Shown here in pieces: positions 8,960 to 19,137 of a stretch of 64,000 bases of DNA (its first letter is position 1; every line of letters begins with the position of its first letter). The notes under the pieces are model-generated. The model saw only the letters and a program-made list of their open reading frames with translations, made no database searches and was not told the origin of the DNA. The stretch covers positions 6,133-70,132 of the forward strand of contig CAZCGK010000002.1 in assembly GCA_964498245.1 (NCBI GenBank), read 5' to 3'. This DNA comes from an uncultured archaeon. GTDB lineage: Archaea; Aenigmatarchaeota; Aenigmatarchaeia; QMZP01. The position numbers and the translations under genes are program-made.

Positions 8960-10272
8960 TCCACCACCAGCGGATCCTCTGCATAATAGCTACCAAAAAC
9001 CTTTTTTGCCATGGTTCTGCTCCCACCTTTGCATACAGGATAGATTTCGCATACTTTACATCTTTCAGGAAGATACTCAAGATTCCTCAGTTTTTTCATT
9101 AGAGTGCTGTTCCATGCAGCATTTATATTTTTCCACGTACCTGCAACATCATCCGAATAATAAACAGGTTTCACATCACCGTTTACAGATATTACCATTC
9201 TATCCCTTCCATCATCCATAAAACCACCCAGGGAAAACACTCGTGCAGTAAAACCTTCTCCAAGAAAACAAAACGGAAAAGCGTTTGTTATCACACTTCG
9301 TGTTCCAAATTTTTCGTAAAATTTTAATGAATGATTGAAAAAGGAACAGAGAGACTTTTTTTCAGCCTCCGCATGAATTAATCGATAGTTTTCATGAACG
9401 AGCCCGAGCTTTTTCTTGATAAGAAGAAATATATCGAAAAGCGAATCACGATTTTTTTCATTGATAACAGTCCCTGCTCTCAGAAATATCCGAGGATTGA
9501 TTCTTTTTATTTTCAGAACGGTTTTGAGCTTATTTTTGAAACTGTAAGGATTTCCTGTGATTTTGGCTTCCCCTTTGGGTGTAGAGTGATGAAGAGGAAT
9601 GAGAACAGAATCTGTATGTTTTATTATATCAGTGTAATGTTTGTTATCCGTAAATGTTCCGTTGGAATTTATCCATACCTCCATTTTAAGTGATTTTGCA
9701 TATTTAACATAGTTGTATAAATTTGAATCCATAAAAGGTTCTCCGCCGGTGAATCTTATTCTCCTGATACCCATTTTATATGCTTGATTTATTACCGAAA
9801 AAACCACTTCCGAATCTATGAATTCATAATCATGTTTTGGAGAAAAACAAAAAAAGCAATTAAGATTGCATTTTGATGTTATCTCTATTGAAATTTCTTT
9901 AGGCAGATCCTTTACCGGCTCTGGGTTATTAGAAAAATCTTCTGGAAAACCTGCACAAAATCTGTTGAATTTACACTCTTTACACTGTGGAGATTTTGTT
10001 TTGTGGTTGCTCGATATATTTATTATATGCTCTTCTGCATCAGGGAGTATGCAGTAGGGAAGGTTAAAGAATATCATGCTCGTTTTTTCTTCAAATCTAT
10101 TAATGAGTGTATAAAGTACGGACCTGATTTTGAAAAAATCAGGAGGATTCTTGCTATCAAAGATTACATCAACCAGAGGTATATTTCGAGTTTCAAGCAG
10201 CTTGATTAAAGAGATGAGATTTTTCACATTTTTTTTGTTTATTTGCAGTGTGAGTTTTTCGGAATTCAGCAT
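8956..10272 (-). CDS. radical SAM/SPASM protein with an N-terminal extension of about 130 aa
   Basis: It has a CNLNCFFCF CxxxCxxC motif, a GGEP motif, and a C-terminal CKVCEIYPVCKGG cluster. Its N-terminal extension contains a CKECKFNRFC motif. Confidence 0.7.
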   Translation of the reverse strand: MLNSEKLTLQINKKNVKNLISLIKLLETRNIPLVDVIFDSKNPPDFFKIRSVLYTLINRFEEKTSMIFFNLPYCILPDAEEHIINISSNHKTKSPQCKECKFNRFCAGFPEDFSNNPEPVKDLPKEISIEITSKCNLNCFFCFSPKHDYEFIDSEVVFSVINQAYKMGIRRIRFTGGEPFMDSNLYNYVKYAKSLKMEVWINSNGTFTDNKHYTDIIKHTDSVLIPLHHSTPKGEAKITGNPYSFKNKLKTVLKIKRINPRIFLRAGTVINEKNRDSLFDIFLLIKKKLGLVHENYRLIHAEAEKKSLCSFFNHSLKFYEKFGTRSVITNAFPFCFLGEGFTARVFSLGGFMDDGRDRMVISVNGDVKPVYYSDDVAGTWKNINAAWNSTLMKKLRNLEYLPERCKVCEIYPVCKGGSRTMAKKVFGSYYAEDPLVVE

Positions 10273-10289
10273 ACTTAACCAATCTATTT

Positions 10290-10310
10290 TTGGAAAATAT
10301 ATAAGTATTA
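10290..10310. promoter_or_regulatory. candidate bidirectional archaeal promoter (TATA-like AAAATATATAAG) between the divergent rSAM operon and the surface-protein gene
   Basis: An AT-rich TATA-like element sits about 25-30 bp upstream of both divergent start codons (10272 minus strand, 10330 plus strand). This suggests leaderless transcripts. Confidence 0.25.
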
Positions 10311-10329
10311 GAAGTAAAAAATAAAAAGT

Positions 10330-13300
10330 ATGAAACAGGTGACCATTTCACTAATTGTTTGCATATTTTCCTTCCTGATTCTTCTGCAACTGAGCGCTGC
10401 AGAAACTCTGACTTGTTATATAAAAGACCCTTCAGGAACTGCTATACGAAGCAGTCAAACTACCTTTGGATTCTATACAAGTGCAACATATACATGTTCA
10501 GCATCATGCCCTTCTTCGGATTCTTCATGTTGCCAGAAAGAAGGACAATACACTTGGCAGGTGGTTTCAAGTTATGACGGAAGCACAGTTTCAGGAAATG
10601 CATACTATGTCAACTGGGATGGTTCCTCTACCTGGTGCTCTTGTCATGGTGATACTTGGGTAAGCAGCGTTTCCAAGTGCTGTGGTGATGATGGTTCAGC
10701 TGATGATTGGTGTGCTGGTGGATATACAAGTTGTTATGATGGTGTTTACTATACAGATGGTGATTCAAATTCCTATACATGTTCCTGTGGCGGAGGTTAT
10801 TGGAACATAGGTGGTGAAGTTGCTGGAAGTTCTTGTTGCGGTGATGATTCAGGAGAGTACAGAAGAACACGCCAGGCTGGAACAGATTCCACATATTCAT
10901 CCGATTCTAACGATGATGCGTGTTGCAATGCAAACAACAAATGTGTATATAATTCTGTATGTTACGCTTCTACTTCAACGTTAGGCTCGATACCCAATAA
11001 GAATTACTGTGATAACGGTGTTTGGGTAGGCGGAGATGCTTCTGAAACAGCCTGCACAGCAATTGCTGGTTCAGGAAGGTGGAGTATAGGCGGAGAAGTG
11101 GCTGCCACAACATGCTGTGGTGATGATTCTGGTGAAAATTACAGGATATGCCAAGATAATAATGAAGGATATTGCGCCAGATCGAGTGATAATACTGCAT
11201 GTTGCGATTCACAATATGATTGTGTATTTGATGATACATGCTATTCTTCTGGAACTGTGCAAGGACAGTGGAGGTGCGAATCCGGGACATGGCATGATTT
11301 TATACCACCTGTTACAACGGATGATGCAACCAGTACATGGACGAATACGGATCAAATAGTCACATTAACCTGTGATGATGATGCAGGTTCAGGCTGTGAT
11401 ACAGTCAGATACTGTATAGGTTCAAATACATGCACTCCAGAAATAACAGAATATGATATTTCAAGTGGTTCTTACAAGGTCTCTGTGACATGCCCAGCCG
11501 GTTCGGTATGCAAACAGTATGTAAGATACCAGTCAAAGGATAAGGCAGGAAACTGGGAAGATATTAAAACCTCAGCAGAAACGAGAATAGATAAAGAAAA
11601 ACCAACAACTTCCATAAAACTTTCCGGAGTCGAAGGGGATAATGGCTGGTATGTATCTGATGTTACGGTGACACTTTCTTGTGATGACGGTAGCGGTTCA
11701 GGCTGTAGTGAGACTTACTATTGTGTGGACCAATCTGATTCCTGTACACCAAGCGTGAAATACACAGGACCATTTTTAATTTCAAATGAAGATATAAACT
11801 ATGTTCGATATCATTCAAAGGATAATGTTGGGAATGTAGAAGATGTTAAATCCACCGAAGTCAAAATAGATAAGACACCACCAACAGCATGGATAAACCC
11901 TCTTCCTGAATGGACGAATTCAAGTGATGGTTCTGGTGATGTATATTTTGATGTATACTGGAATGGAGATGATGGACCTACCGGTTCAGGAATAACGAGT
12001 TACAGCATTCAGTATATAATATACAACAGAGCAACTGGAAATTATGTCACAAATAACTGCGGAACAGCTGATTGGTGTGATTGGATTACAAGGGATGAAA
12101 CAGATCCGAAACAGGAAATATTTGGTCTTCTGGACAATCCCGAAAATGTAGAGGCATTCAACAATCACACATTTCTTTTCAGAATAAGTGCAAAGGATAA
12201 TGCAGGAAATGTAATGGATTATTCTATAAACCCACCCTGGGAAAATACATCTATCGATGTGGTTTCTCCTGTAAGCGCAATATCTACTGTATCCTATCCA
12301 GGAGAACTCATAGTAGAGGCTTTCTGGCAGGGTTGGGATAATGAATCAGGAGTAGCATACTATGATGTTCAAAGCAATATGAGCGGCTCTTGGGATTATC
12401 TCACAGATACAGACGGAAACAGTACATATCATACTACAAAAACTTCAGGTAATTTCAGTGTTTCATCCGATGGAATTTACTATTTCAGGGTAAGAGCAGT
12501 AGATAGAGCAGGAAATGTAGAAACCCCCTGGAAATACAGCTCGGTTCTTGTGGATGTTTCACCTCCTGTTGCTTGGATGGAAGAGCCCTATAATGAATGG
12601 ATGAAATTTTATAATTTCACTGTAAATTGGTCCGGATACGATACAGGTAGTCCACCTTCTGGAATCAAATGTTACGATGTTCAGTGGAGTAATGATACGA
12701 TAAACTGGAACTATATCCAATACAATGAATTTGGTGATTTGACAGAGTGTGTACTTCTAACGGAAACCATATTCGGCCTTTACGGATTTACTGATTTAAA
12801 AGATGGCATTACATACTATTTCAGAGTTAGAGCTACAGACAATAATGGAAATATCGGTAACTGGAGTGTGAAAAACACAACAATAGATACGTATTCTCCC
12901 GTTATTATAGTTAACGTAACAGACGATAAAGGAAGAGAGATAATAGAAGGCTATGTTCCAGCAGATGTAAAAAACATTACCATAACCTCAATGGCATGGG
13001 ACAACATTTCAGGTATAAAAAAGCATACCATTCACTATTGGCTCACTCAAAACAACAAATACACATACGGTGAAAAGGAATGCGGCGAAGCACTACCATG
13101 GGGAGATTGGAGTAACTGTTCCATAACCTTTGCTTATGATGAAGACACGGTGATCAAATATTATGTGAAGGCAGAGGACAGAGCAGGAAATGTAAATACA
13201 ACACCGATAAGGTTTACAACCTCTCACCCCCTTGCAAATTTTGTAATTCACCAGGCAGCTATCGGTTTGGGAGATTCAATTCTTCTTAAAGTTCAGGTGA

Positions 13301-13662
13301 GAAACATCCAAGAAACCGTGGACAATATAACCATATCCATTGAAAGCACGATCACCTCAGCAAAACCAAAATTTGAAAATATAGGCTCTGGAGATTTTGA
13401 AATTCAGGCAGACGGAAAGGTCTTACAAGTTTATAACTTAAATCCAATGGAAGAAAGAGAATTTTTTGTGAGAATATATTCCAGCGAGATAGGGACCTAT
13501 TATCTGAACATGACAGCTCAATCAAACGTTGCACAGCCGGGTCTTATTGATACAGACAGTGCAAAAATAATTATCGGTTATCCCCCTTCATTCCCCGGTC
13601 TTGCACCATGGAGTATTCTCCTGCTTGTAATACTTTCGGTTACGATTTTCTTAATTATTTAA
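10330..13662 (+). CDS. large secreted Cys-rich surface protein with Ig-like repeats and a C-terminal PGL+TM sorting-like tail
   Basis: It has a signal peptide and N-terminal about 330 aa with repeated CCGDDSGE/CCGDDGS Cys motifs. These are followed by repeated (F/Y)R(V/I)(R/S)A(x)D(x)AGN(V/I) Ig-like/FN3-like modules. The C-terminus is PSFPGLAPWSILLLVILSVTIFLII. Confidence 0.65.
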   Translation: MKQVTISLIVCIFSFLILLQLSAAETLTCYIKDPSGTAIRSSQTTFGFYTSATYTCSASCPSSDSSCCQKEGQYTWQVVSSYDGSTVSGNAYYVNWDGSSTWCSCHGDTWVSSVSKCCGDDGSADDWCAGGYTSCYDGVYYTDGDSNSYTCSCGGGYWNIGGEVAGSSCCGDDSGEYRRTRQAGTDSTYSSDSNDDACCNANNKCVYNSVCYASTSTLGSIPNKNYCDNGVWVGGDASETACTAIAGSGRWSIGGEVAATTCCGDDSGENYRICQDNNEGYCARSSDNTACCDSQYDCVFDDTCYSSGTVQGQWRCESGTWHDFIPPVTTDDATSTWTNTDQIVTLTCDDDAGSGCDTVRYCIGSNTCTPEITEYDISSGSYKVSVTCPAGSVCKQYVRYQSKDKAGNWEDIKTSAETRIDKEKPTTSIKLSGVEGDNGWYVSDVTVTLSCDDGSGSGCSETYYCVDQSDSCTPSVKYTGPFLISNEDINYVRYHSKDNVGNVEDVKSTEVKIDKTPPTAWINPLPEWTNSSDGSGDVYFDVYWNGDDGPTGSGITSYSIQYIIYNRATGNYVTNNCGTADWCDWITRDETDPKQEIFGLLDNPENVEAFNNHTFLFRISAKDNAGNVMDYSINPPWENTSIDVVSPVSAISTVSYPGELIVEAFWQGWDNESGVAYYDVQSNMSGSWDYLTDTDGNSTYHTTKTSGNFSVSSDGIYYFRVRAVDRAGNVETPWKYSSVLVDVSPPVAWMEEPYNEWMKFYNFTVNWSGYDTGSPPSGIKCYDVQWSNDTINWNYIQYNEFGDLTECVLLTETIFGLYGFTDLKDGITYYFRVRATDNNGNIGNWSVKNTTIDTYSPVIIVNVTDDKGREIIEGYVPADVKNITITSMAWDNISGIKKHTIHYWLTQNNKYTYGEKECGEALPWGDWSNCSITFAYDEDTVIKYYVKAEDRAGNVNTTPIRFTTSHPLANFVIHQAAIGLGDSILLKVQVRNIQETVDNITISIESTITSAKPKFENIGSGDFEIQADGKVLQVYNLNPMEEREFFVRIYSSEIGTYYLNMTAQSNVAQPGLIDTDSAKIIIGYPPSFPGLAPWSILLLVILSVTIFLII

Positions 13663-13664
13663 AA

Positions 13665-13790
13665 CGCTGGGAGAGGGACTCGAACCCTCAAGCCCTTGCG
13701 GGCACACGCTGTCTGTTTTTCTATCATCTCACGCTGGGAACCACCCAGCATGACTCCAAGCGTGCTCCTTACCAATTCGGACATCCCAGC
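13665..13790 (-). tRNA. tRNA-Ser (anticodon GGA) with a roughly 42-nt intron after position 37 and a long variable arm
   Basis: Manual fold: acceptor GCTGGGA/TCCCAGC, 3-bp D stem, anticodon stem CACGC/GCGTG with loop TTGGAG[intron]A, variable arm TGCCCGCAAGGGCT, T arm GAGGG-TTCGAGT-CCCTC, discriminator G. No CCA is encoded. Confidence 0.65.
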
Positions 13791-13863
13791 ATCTGCTTAT
13801 AAATTTTTTATGGAAGATATGAAACCTTCGAATAAATATGATTCCGCTTTGAATATAAAAGAT

Positions 13864-16302
13864 TTATCTTTTCTTTCTACCCTTCTTTGATGTTCTCTTT
13901 CTGTGTCTCTTTGTATTCTTCCTTCTTTTAGTTTCCTTCTCCTTTACAATTTCCAGTTTCACACCATTCATGAGGTTTATGAGGCTTTCCCTTGTATACG
14001 TTCCTGTATCTCTTCTCTTGTTTTTGAGCCTTATCGTGAGAAATGATATTATCAAGATTGATATAAACAGGGAAGCGGTGTTCACTATGGTTGAAGAATT
14101 TGTTGCGAGATAGGAACCTATAAAATCTGTGAACTGCGATTGTGTTGATGATCTTATTTCTCCACTAATCCCTTCAGGTTTTATATTCAGAACAAAACTG
14201 TCAGCGTTTTTCTTTTCCAGTTCATCACACTCCACCTTCATGGTCACAGTATAACTATTCTTTTCCGGAGATATTGGAGTTATATGAATGTATATCTTCT
14301 TCTCATCTCCCGGGGCAATCTCAGTTATCTCCTTTGGTTCAAAATCAAACCATTCGGAAGGAATTCCTTCTACATTTATTCTAAGATTGTGCATCGTCTC
14401 CTGACCGGTGTTTATTATCGATACCTCGATTGTGGATTCTCCTTTCTCAGGAATCTGTGTCTTGATTGGGAGCGCCCACATCAGTTCCCTCTTTTTCACA
14501 ATCGAAATATCCTTGGTAATACCCGTTGATCTGAATAACGATTTACTGACATTTATATAGAGTATATGCATACCCTCTTTGTCAGGGGCTCTCAAAGTTG
14601 CAGAAAACACACCATCAGAGTTTGTTCTGGTCTCCCCGGAAACGTCACCCAATCTGTATTTCACTATTGCATTGTCCACCACTCTTCCGTCACCTCGCCT
14701 TACAGTCCCTCTGAGTTTTATAATATCATTGAGATAATACTCCTCCCTGTCAGTTCCTGCTTCAATCTCCAGTGTTTCCCTTTCTCCAACAACAAAAGCT
14801 GAGAGGTGGGTTGAATCAAACCTTACAACATTTCTTGTTACATCAACATCCGAATCAATTCTTTCCCATACACCCGAACAGATTCTCGCATCAAGATTCC
14901 AGTTACGACAGGTGTAAACCTCGATATTTGTTTCATCAACAATCTTTGATGCATCGTACTTTATCTGCATAAACACCCTGTCAAACTCCAGTGCAAACTC
15001 CAACGCAATACCAACAGCAATCTTAAGTCCTTCAATTTCCGCATTCTGGAATGAATCATATCTTATCACATTTTTCACATTCTGATCAATCATTACGTTA
15101 TAGAAATCTGCTGTAACACCTGGAAGATTAACTGTTACGGAGTAATTTCCCTTCGGAAGATAACCAGAGTATCTCCCACCACCGAGGTTTATCGTCTTTG
15201 ACCAGCCATTTCTATAAAACTTAATATTCCCTGAAACTGTCTTTCCGTTTGCATTGAACAGTTCTCCGCTGAAGGAAACAACATATTCTATCACCTTCTT
15301 TGATGAAAATTTAATCTCTTCATTATCTCCATCATCATCAACATCTCCTGTATAATCAACCGAGACGATCAATTCATATGATCCAGGAGCCAGATCAGGC
15401 GCCTTTATAACAATCTCATCAGTGCCTGTTCTCTGGAATTCAATATCCTGATTATTCAATCTTACCGAAACACGGTTTATTATGCGACTCAGTATTGGAG
15501 AATCATGATAGAATGCATCGAGTTTTATGGTTATGTTCTCGTTTCCTCTTATTTCACTCGGAGTTATAGAGGAAATACGGAACACAGAAGACGGAAAAAC
15601 ATCTATATATCTCTTATCAGAAACTGTTTTGTTCTCAAAACTAACTCTCAGCGTCAGCGATATGCTTCCATACATTTTCAGTTCAGGAAGGTTTATCACC
15701 CAGTGTCTGTTTATATTATCAAAAAAAATCCTGTTTGATGGTATGATTACATAATCCCCATCATTAACTGAATAGGAGAAACTTACATCCCTTGGACTGG
15801 TTATGATACTTTCCGAATCATCCGTCTTGGTTATTTCTGCAGTTATTTCTAGGGACGAGTCATCATAAATAACGTCTGGATGAACATCAAGAATATTAAT
15901 GTCAAGCCTTTGCACAGTGAGTTTCAGGTATTCCTCTTTCCTGACATTATTTTCAGATTCATCAGCTTCACAGACAACTGTTATGTTATATGTTCCGAGA
16001 TGCTGGGGAATAAAACTATTGGAATACAAATCTTCTGATTTTTCCAGCGGAATGAAAAATGATACAGCAGGGTGGTCAACAAGAGCATAAACCCTTTCTA
16101 CCGTTCCGTTGGTGGTTTCACATTTGCACGATATGGTTACAGATTCACCAACCCATACTTTTGGACCGGGATGCAGTACGATATTACTCAGAAGAACTTC
16201 AGCCCTGACAGAAAGGGGGCATACAATCATTACAACACATATTATCAAAAACAGAGCAGAATTCTTACAAACAAACTCCTTTAATCTCTTCCTGCCCTCC
16301 AT
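13864..16302 (-). CDS. large secreted/membrane-anchored surface protein (signal peptide, C-terminal TM helix and basic tail)
   Basis: It has an N-terminal hydrophobic signal and a C-terminal TM helix followed by an Arg/Lys-rich tail. Sequons are abundant. Confidence 0.55.
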   Translation of the reverse strand: MEGRKRLKEFVCKNSALFLIICVVMIVCPLSVRAEVLLSNIVLHPGPKVWVGESVTISCKCETTNGTVERVYALVDHPAVSFFIPLEKSEDLYSNSFIPQHLGTYNITVVCEADESENNVRKEEYLKLTVQRLDINILDVHPDVIYDDSSLEITAEITKTDDSESIITSPRDVSFSYSVNDGDYVIIPSNRIFFDNINRHWVINLPELKMYGSISLTLRVSFENKTVSDKRYIDVFPSSVFRISSITPSEIRGNENITIKLDAFYHDSPILSRIINRVSVRLNNQDIEFQRTGTDEIVIKAPDLAPGSYELIVSVDYTGDVDDDGDNEEIKFSSKKVIEYVVSFSGELFNANGKTVSGNIKFYRNGWSKTINLGGGRYSGYLPKGNYSVTVNLPGVTADFYNVMIDQNVKNVIRYDSFQNAEIEGLKIAVGIALEFALEFDRVFMQIKYDASKIVDETNIEVYTCRNWNLDARICSGVWERIDSDVDVTRNVVRFDSTHLSAFVVGERETLEIEAGTDREEYYLNDIIKLRGTVRRGDGRVVDNAIVKYRLGDVSGETRTNSDGVFSATLRAPDKEGMHILYINVSKSLFRSTGITKDISIVKKRELMWALPIKTQIPEKGESTIEVSIINTGQETMHNLRINVEGIPSEWFDFEPKEITEIAPGDEKKIYIHITPISPEKNSYTVTMKVECDELEKKNADSFVLNIKPEGISGEIRSSTQSQFTDFIGSYLATNSSTIVNTASLFISILIISFLTIRLKNKRRDTGTYTRESLINLMNGVKLEIVKEKETKRRKNTKRHRKRTSKKGRKKR

Positions 16303-17075
16303 ATGTTCAATTTTATTTTATAGCTTAAATAGATTATTAGAAGAATGATAAGCATTAAAATGATAATAAACGGAGCAAAAGCATCAGACCGAGATTTTTC
16401 CTTTTTCAGAAGGACTGTTTTCTTTTGAATGAAATTTCCGTCCTCTGTGATTAAAGTAAATTCAACAGAGGATTCCTTCCAGATCGATGGTCTGTACGGT
16501 ATTCTTGCTTTTTTTATCTGTCCGGAGTTCATGAAATCTATCCTTGCTGATTCCATTATCCAACCAACAGGGTATTTACTGGGAATTACAATCAGATTTT
16601 TGACATCCTGATTACTTCTTATGTAAATATCTATATAATCATCGAATGTATGAACATCTACTATTTCAAAATTACCGGCTTTGCTTTTCTTTGGTTTTCC
16701 TTCAAAATAATATGGACCGAATTTAAAAATCTCGTTGCAAAAATATATTCTTACATATACTGTATAGTTTCCCTCAGGCAGATTCGAGTAAATATCCATA
16801 TCAGCATGGCTCCCTGGCCATAAAGGCTTTGCCCTGCTCCAGCCTGTGTACACAAGTTTAGAAGTATTATAGAAATCTGCTCTTGCTCTTACCTCGCATC
16901 CAACAGAACCGATATTTTCCCATGTAATTGAGATTTTCTGGGGAGGCTTTGTGCTTATGTTTATCCATGCAAGACTTCCCTGTATTACACTTTCTACATT
17001 CACATCAACATCCAGAGCCGCAACTGCAGGTATTAAACCCATAACCAATAGAACAGTAAAAAATCTCACATTCAT
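16281..17075 (-). CDS. secreted protein with a C-terminal membrane anchor, hypothetical
   Basis: It has a signal peptide and a C-terminal TM segment. Confidence 0.45.
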   Translation of the reverse strand: MNVRFFTVLLVMGLIPAVAALDVDVNVESVIQGSLAWINISTKPPQKISITWENIGSVGCEVRARADFYNTSKLVYTGWSRAKPLWPGSHADMDIYSNLPEGNYTVYVRIYFCNEIFKFGPYYFEGKPKKSKAGNFEIVDVHTFDDYIDIYIRSNQDVKNLIVIPSKYPVGWIMESARIDFMNSGQIKKARIPYRPSIWKESSVEFTLITEDGNFIQKKTVLLKKEKSRSDAFAPFIIILMLIILLIIYLSYKIKLNIWRAGRD

Positions 17076-17103
17076 TTCACCACCCTTAACTTTTGATCTT
17101 TTT

Positions 17104-18084
17104 TCATTTTTTCCACCAGTAGATTCCTATAAATATAATCAAAATTATCATTGAGATTACCCAAAAAGGAAAAACCCCCGGTGCCTGTTGTGCAACAACC
17201 GCTCCTGTAGTTTCCATTTCAGGTGGATGAATTTGAATTTCACCTGTATCCTGATAATCTCCTGTTTCCCATGAAACCCTTGCCGATATGTTGTATATAC
17301 CGGGATTGATATTTGCAGTGTCCAAGTATGCATGTAATGCCACTATCTGTCCAGGTCTGATAAACTCTGATGTTGTTTTAAGCCTTGCTATTATATCACT
17401 CTCATTGTTGCCGTATATTCTTATATCACTTGCCTTCACTCTCATGGTCACAGTCCCGTTATTTTTAAAAAACACATCAATAACCTCCATACCTCCTGCA
17501 CGCCTCGAACCGAATCCTGCTATATAACCGGATCGCACAGCATTTCCAGAAACTCTGAAGATTATTCTGAATTCCACTGATGCTATTGTTCCTATACCAA
17601 GTCCTGCTCCCTGAATACCGGACCTCGGTTTAAACCTTATAACACTTGAATGGTATCCTGGTTCTGCATTTTCAGGAATATTCAATATAACTGTCACCCT
17701 TTTATTCGCAAGCAGTGTTCTGCCAGCTTTTGTCCTAAAATTTTTCTTGTGAGGGGGGAGAAGAACAGGATTTTCGATGAACTCCACCCATCTATGAGAA
17801 TATTCCTCCGAAGCCTCAGAGAGATTGAAATCATAACCAGTTCTCGGTCTTGAGGAACTGAAGAAATCAGGATTTCCCGGGGATGATATCATATCCACTA
17901 CGAGGTTGGTATTACTATCTGTTATGAGGAAAAACTCTATGAGATGGGTTGAACCCGGTCTCACTTCTCCCAAATCAACAAAACCCGGCGAAACTCCTAT
18001 TGAAAGCGACTGTGCACTACCTGTAAAAATACACAGAAACGCAATAGAACTCAAGAAAAAAACACGAAGTTTACCATCCAACAT
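17104..18084 (-). CDS. secreted protein with a C-terminal membrane anchor, hypothetical
   Basis: It has a signal peptide and the C-terminal TM helix VFPFWVISMIILIIFIGIYWWKK. Confidence 0.45.
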   Translation of the reverse strand: MLDGKLRVFFLSSIAFLCIFTGSAQSLSIGVSPGFVDLGEVRPGSTHLIEFFLITDSNTNLVVDMISSPGNPDFFSSSRPRTGYDFNLSEASEEYSHRWVEFIENPVLLPPHKKNFRTKAGRTLLANKRVTVILNIPENAEPGYHSSVIRFKPRSGIQGAGLGIGTIASVEFRIIFRVSGNAVRSGYIAGFGSRRAGGMEVIDVFFKNNGTVTMRVKASDIRIYGNNESDIIARLKTTSEFIRPGQIVALHAYLDTANINPGIYNISARVSWETGDYQDTGEIQIHPPEMETTGAVVAQQAPGVFPFWVISMIILIIFIGIYWWKK

Positions 18085-18195
18085 AGAATTATATACGAAT
18101 CAAATCAATAAAAATCTTGGAGACGGTTTTTTAAAGTTAACAAAGCAATCACTTACATGAAGATTTAAATATCACCTCGCCACTATATATATAAC

Positions 18196-19047
18196 ATGAA
18201 ACAAAGAATTGTTTCACTATTATTCGTTTCTGCCATGCTTCTGTGTTTTGTAGGATTGGTGATTGCAGCTACTGATACCGATACAGCAACATTCGATGTA
18301 ACAGTTTCTTCCATAGTGATGATTGATATACAGCCAAACTCAACCAGCTGGACTGCATATCCAGGAAATACAACATCTGCAGTTGATTTTTCTTTGGTAA
18401 ATATAGGTTCATCAAACATAACAAGTATCTATCTTACTGCCACAGAGCCAAGCTCCATGCCCTTCGGAACAACCACAGCAACAAACTGGGATGCAGGAAA
18501 CTTTCTAGAAGTAAGCAATGATACAGGAACTACATATTATTTTGTCAACAGAGTAGAGTTTAATGAAAGCGATTGGCCGGATTATTTAACCTTACCATCG
18601 AATGCTAAGGCTGTAGGAAGATTCAGGATAGCGGATAATGAATACTTCTGGGCTCTCGAAAGCGGTTTGGTGAACTGCAGCAACGGAACAATATATATAG
18701 GAACCACACCGCATACACCATCAGATAGTGGTGATACAAATCTTACAGATAATTCCCATACATTACAACAAGACGGAAGCTTGACTCATGGTCTGGTTGA
18801 TGCAAAGATAGGCAACCAGTGGTACTGCATCGTAGTAGATGCGGATTGCACCAAGGTGAGGATGGTTAAGTGGAACATCCAATATGATGAGGATGCTGGA
18901 AAGTGTACAAACGATGGATATGTTTACACAGGAACATTGTTACCAGGAGAGAGCTTTGAAATAAAGGTAAGGGCAAGAATACCCTTGGGTGTTGCAAGCG
19001 GTGATGTCACTACAGGAACACTCACGGTTACAGCAAGCGATACATAG
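18196..19047 (+). CDS. secreted protein, hypothetical
   Basis: It has an N-terminal signal peptide and a Thr/Asn-rich product. Confidence 0.45.
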   Translation: MKQRIVSLLFVSAMLLCFVGLVIAATDTDTATFDVTVSSIVMIDIQPNSTSWTAYPGNTTSAVDFSLVNIGSSNITSIYLTATEPSSMPFGTTTATNWDAGNFLEVSNDTGTTYYFVNRVEFNESDWPDYLTLPSNAKAVGRFRIADNEYFWALESGLVNCSNGTIYIGTTPHTPSDSGDTNLTDNSHTLQQDGSLTHGLVDAKIGNQWYCIVVDADCTKVRMVKWNIQYDEDAGKCTNDGYVYTGTLLPGESFEIKVRARIPLGVASGDVTTGTLTVTASDT

Positions 19048-19137
19048 GCAAGTAGAACGGTAATGACAAAACTGTTTATTTTATTCGTTAATTAGTTCAT
19101 TTATTTTTTTGTTTACTAAATAATTATTAGTGAAAAA

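Noticed and set aside
1-10272. Interpretation of the whole 10-kb cluster as a standard archaeal N-glycosylation (agl) locus
   Set aside because: No oligosaccharyltransferase (AglB) or dolichol-phosphate GT signatures are seen. Four SPASM radical-SAM enzymes and a His-Xaa-Ser peptide are not components of known agl clusters.
13608-13890. ORFs 13608-13802 and 13696-13890
   Set aside because: They overlap the tRNA-Ser(GGA) gene and its flanks. They have no coding-like composition.
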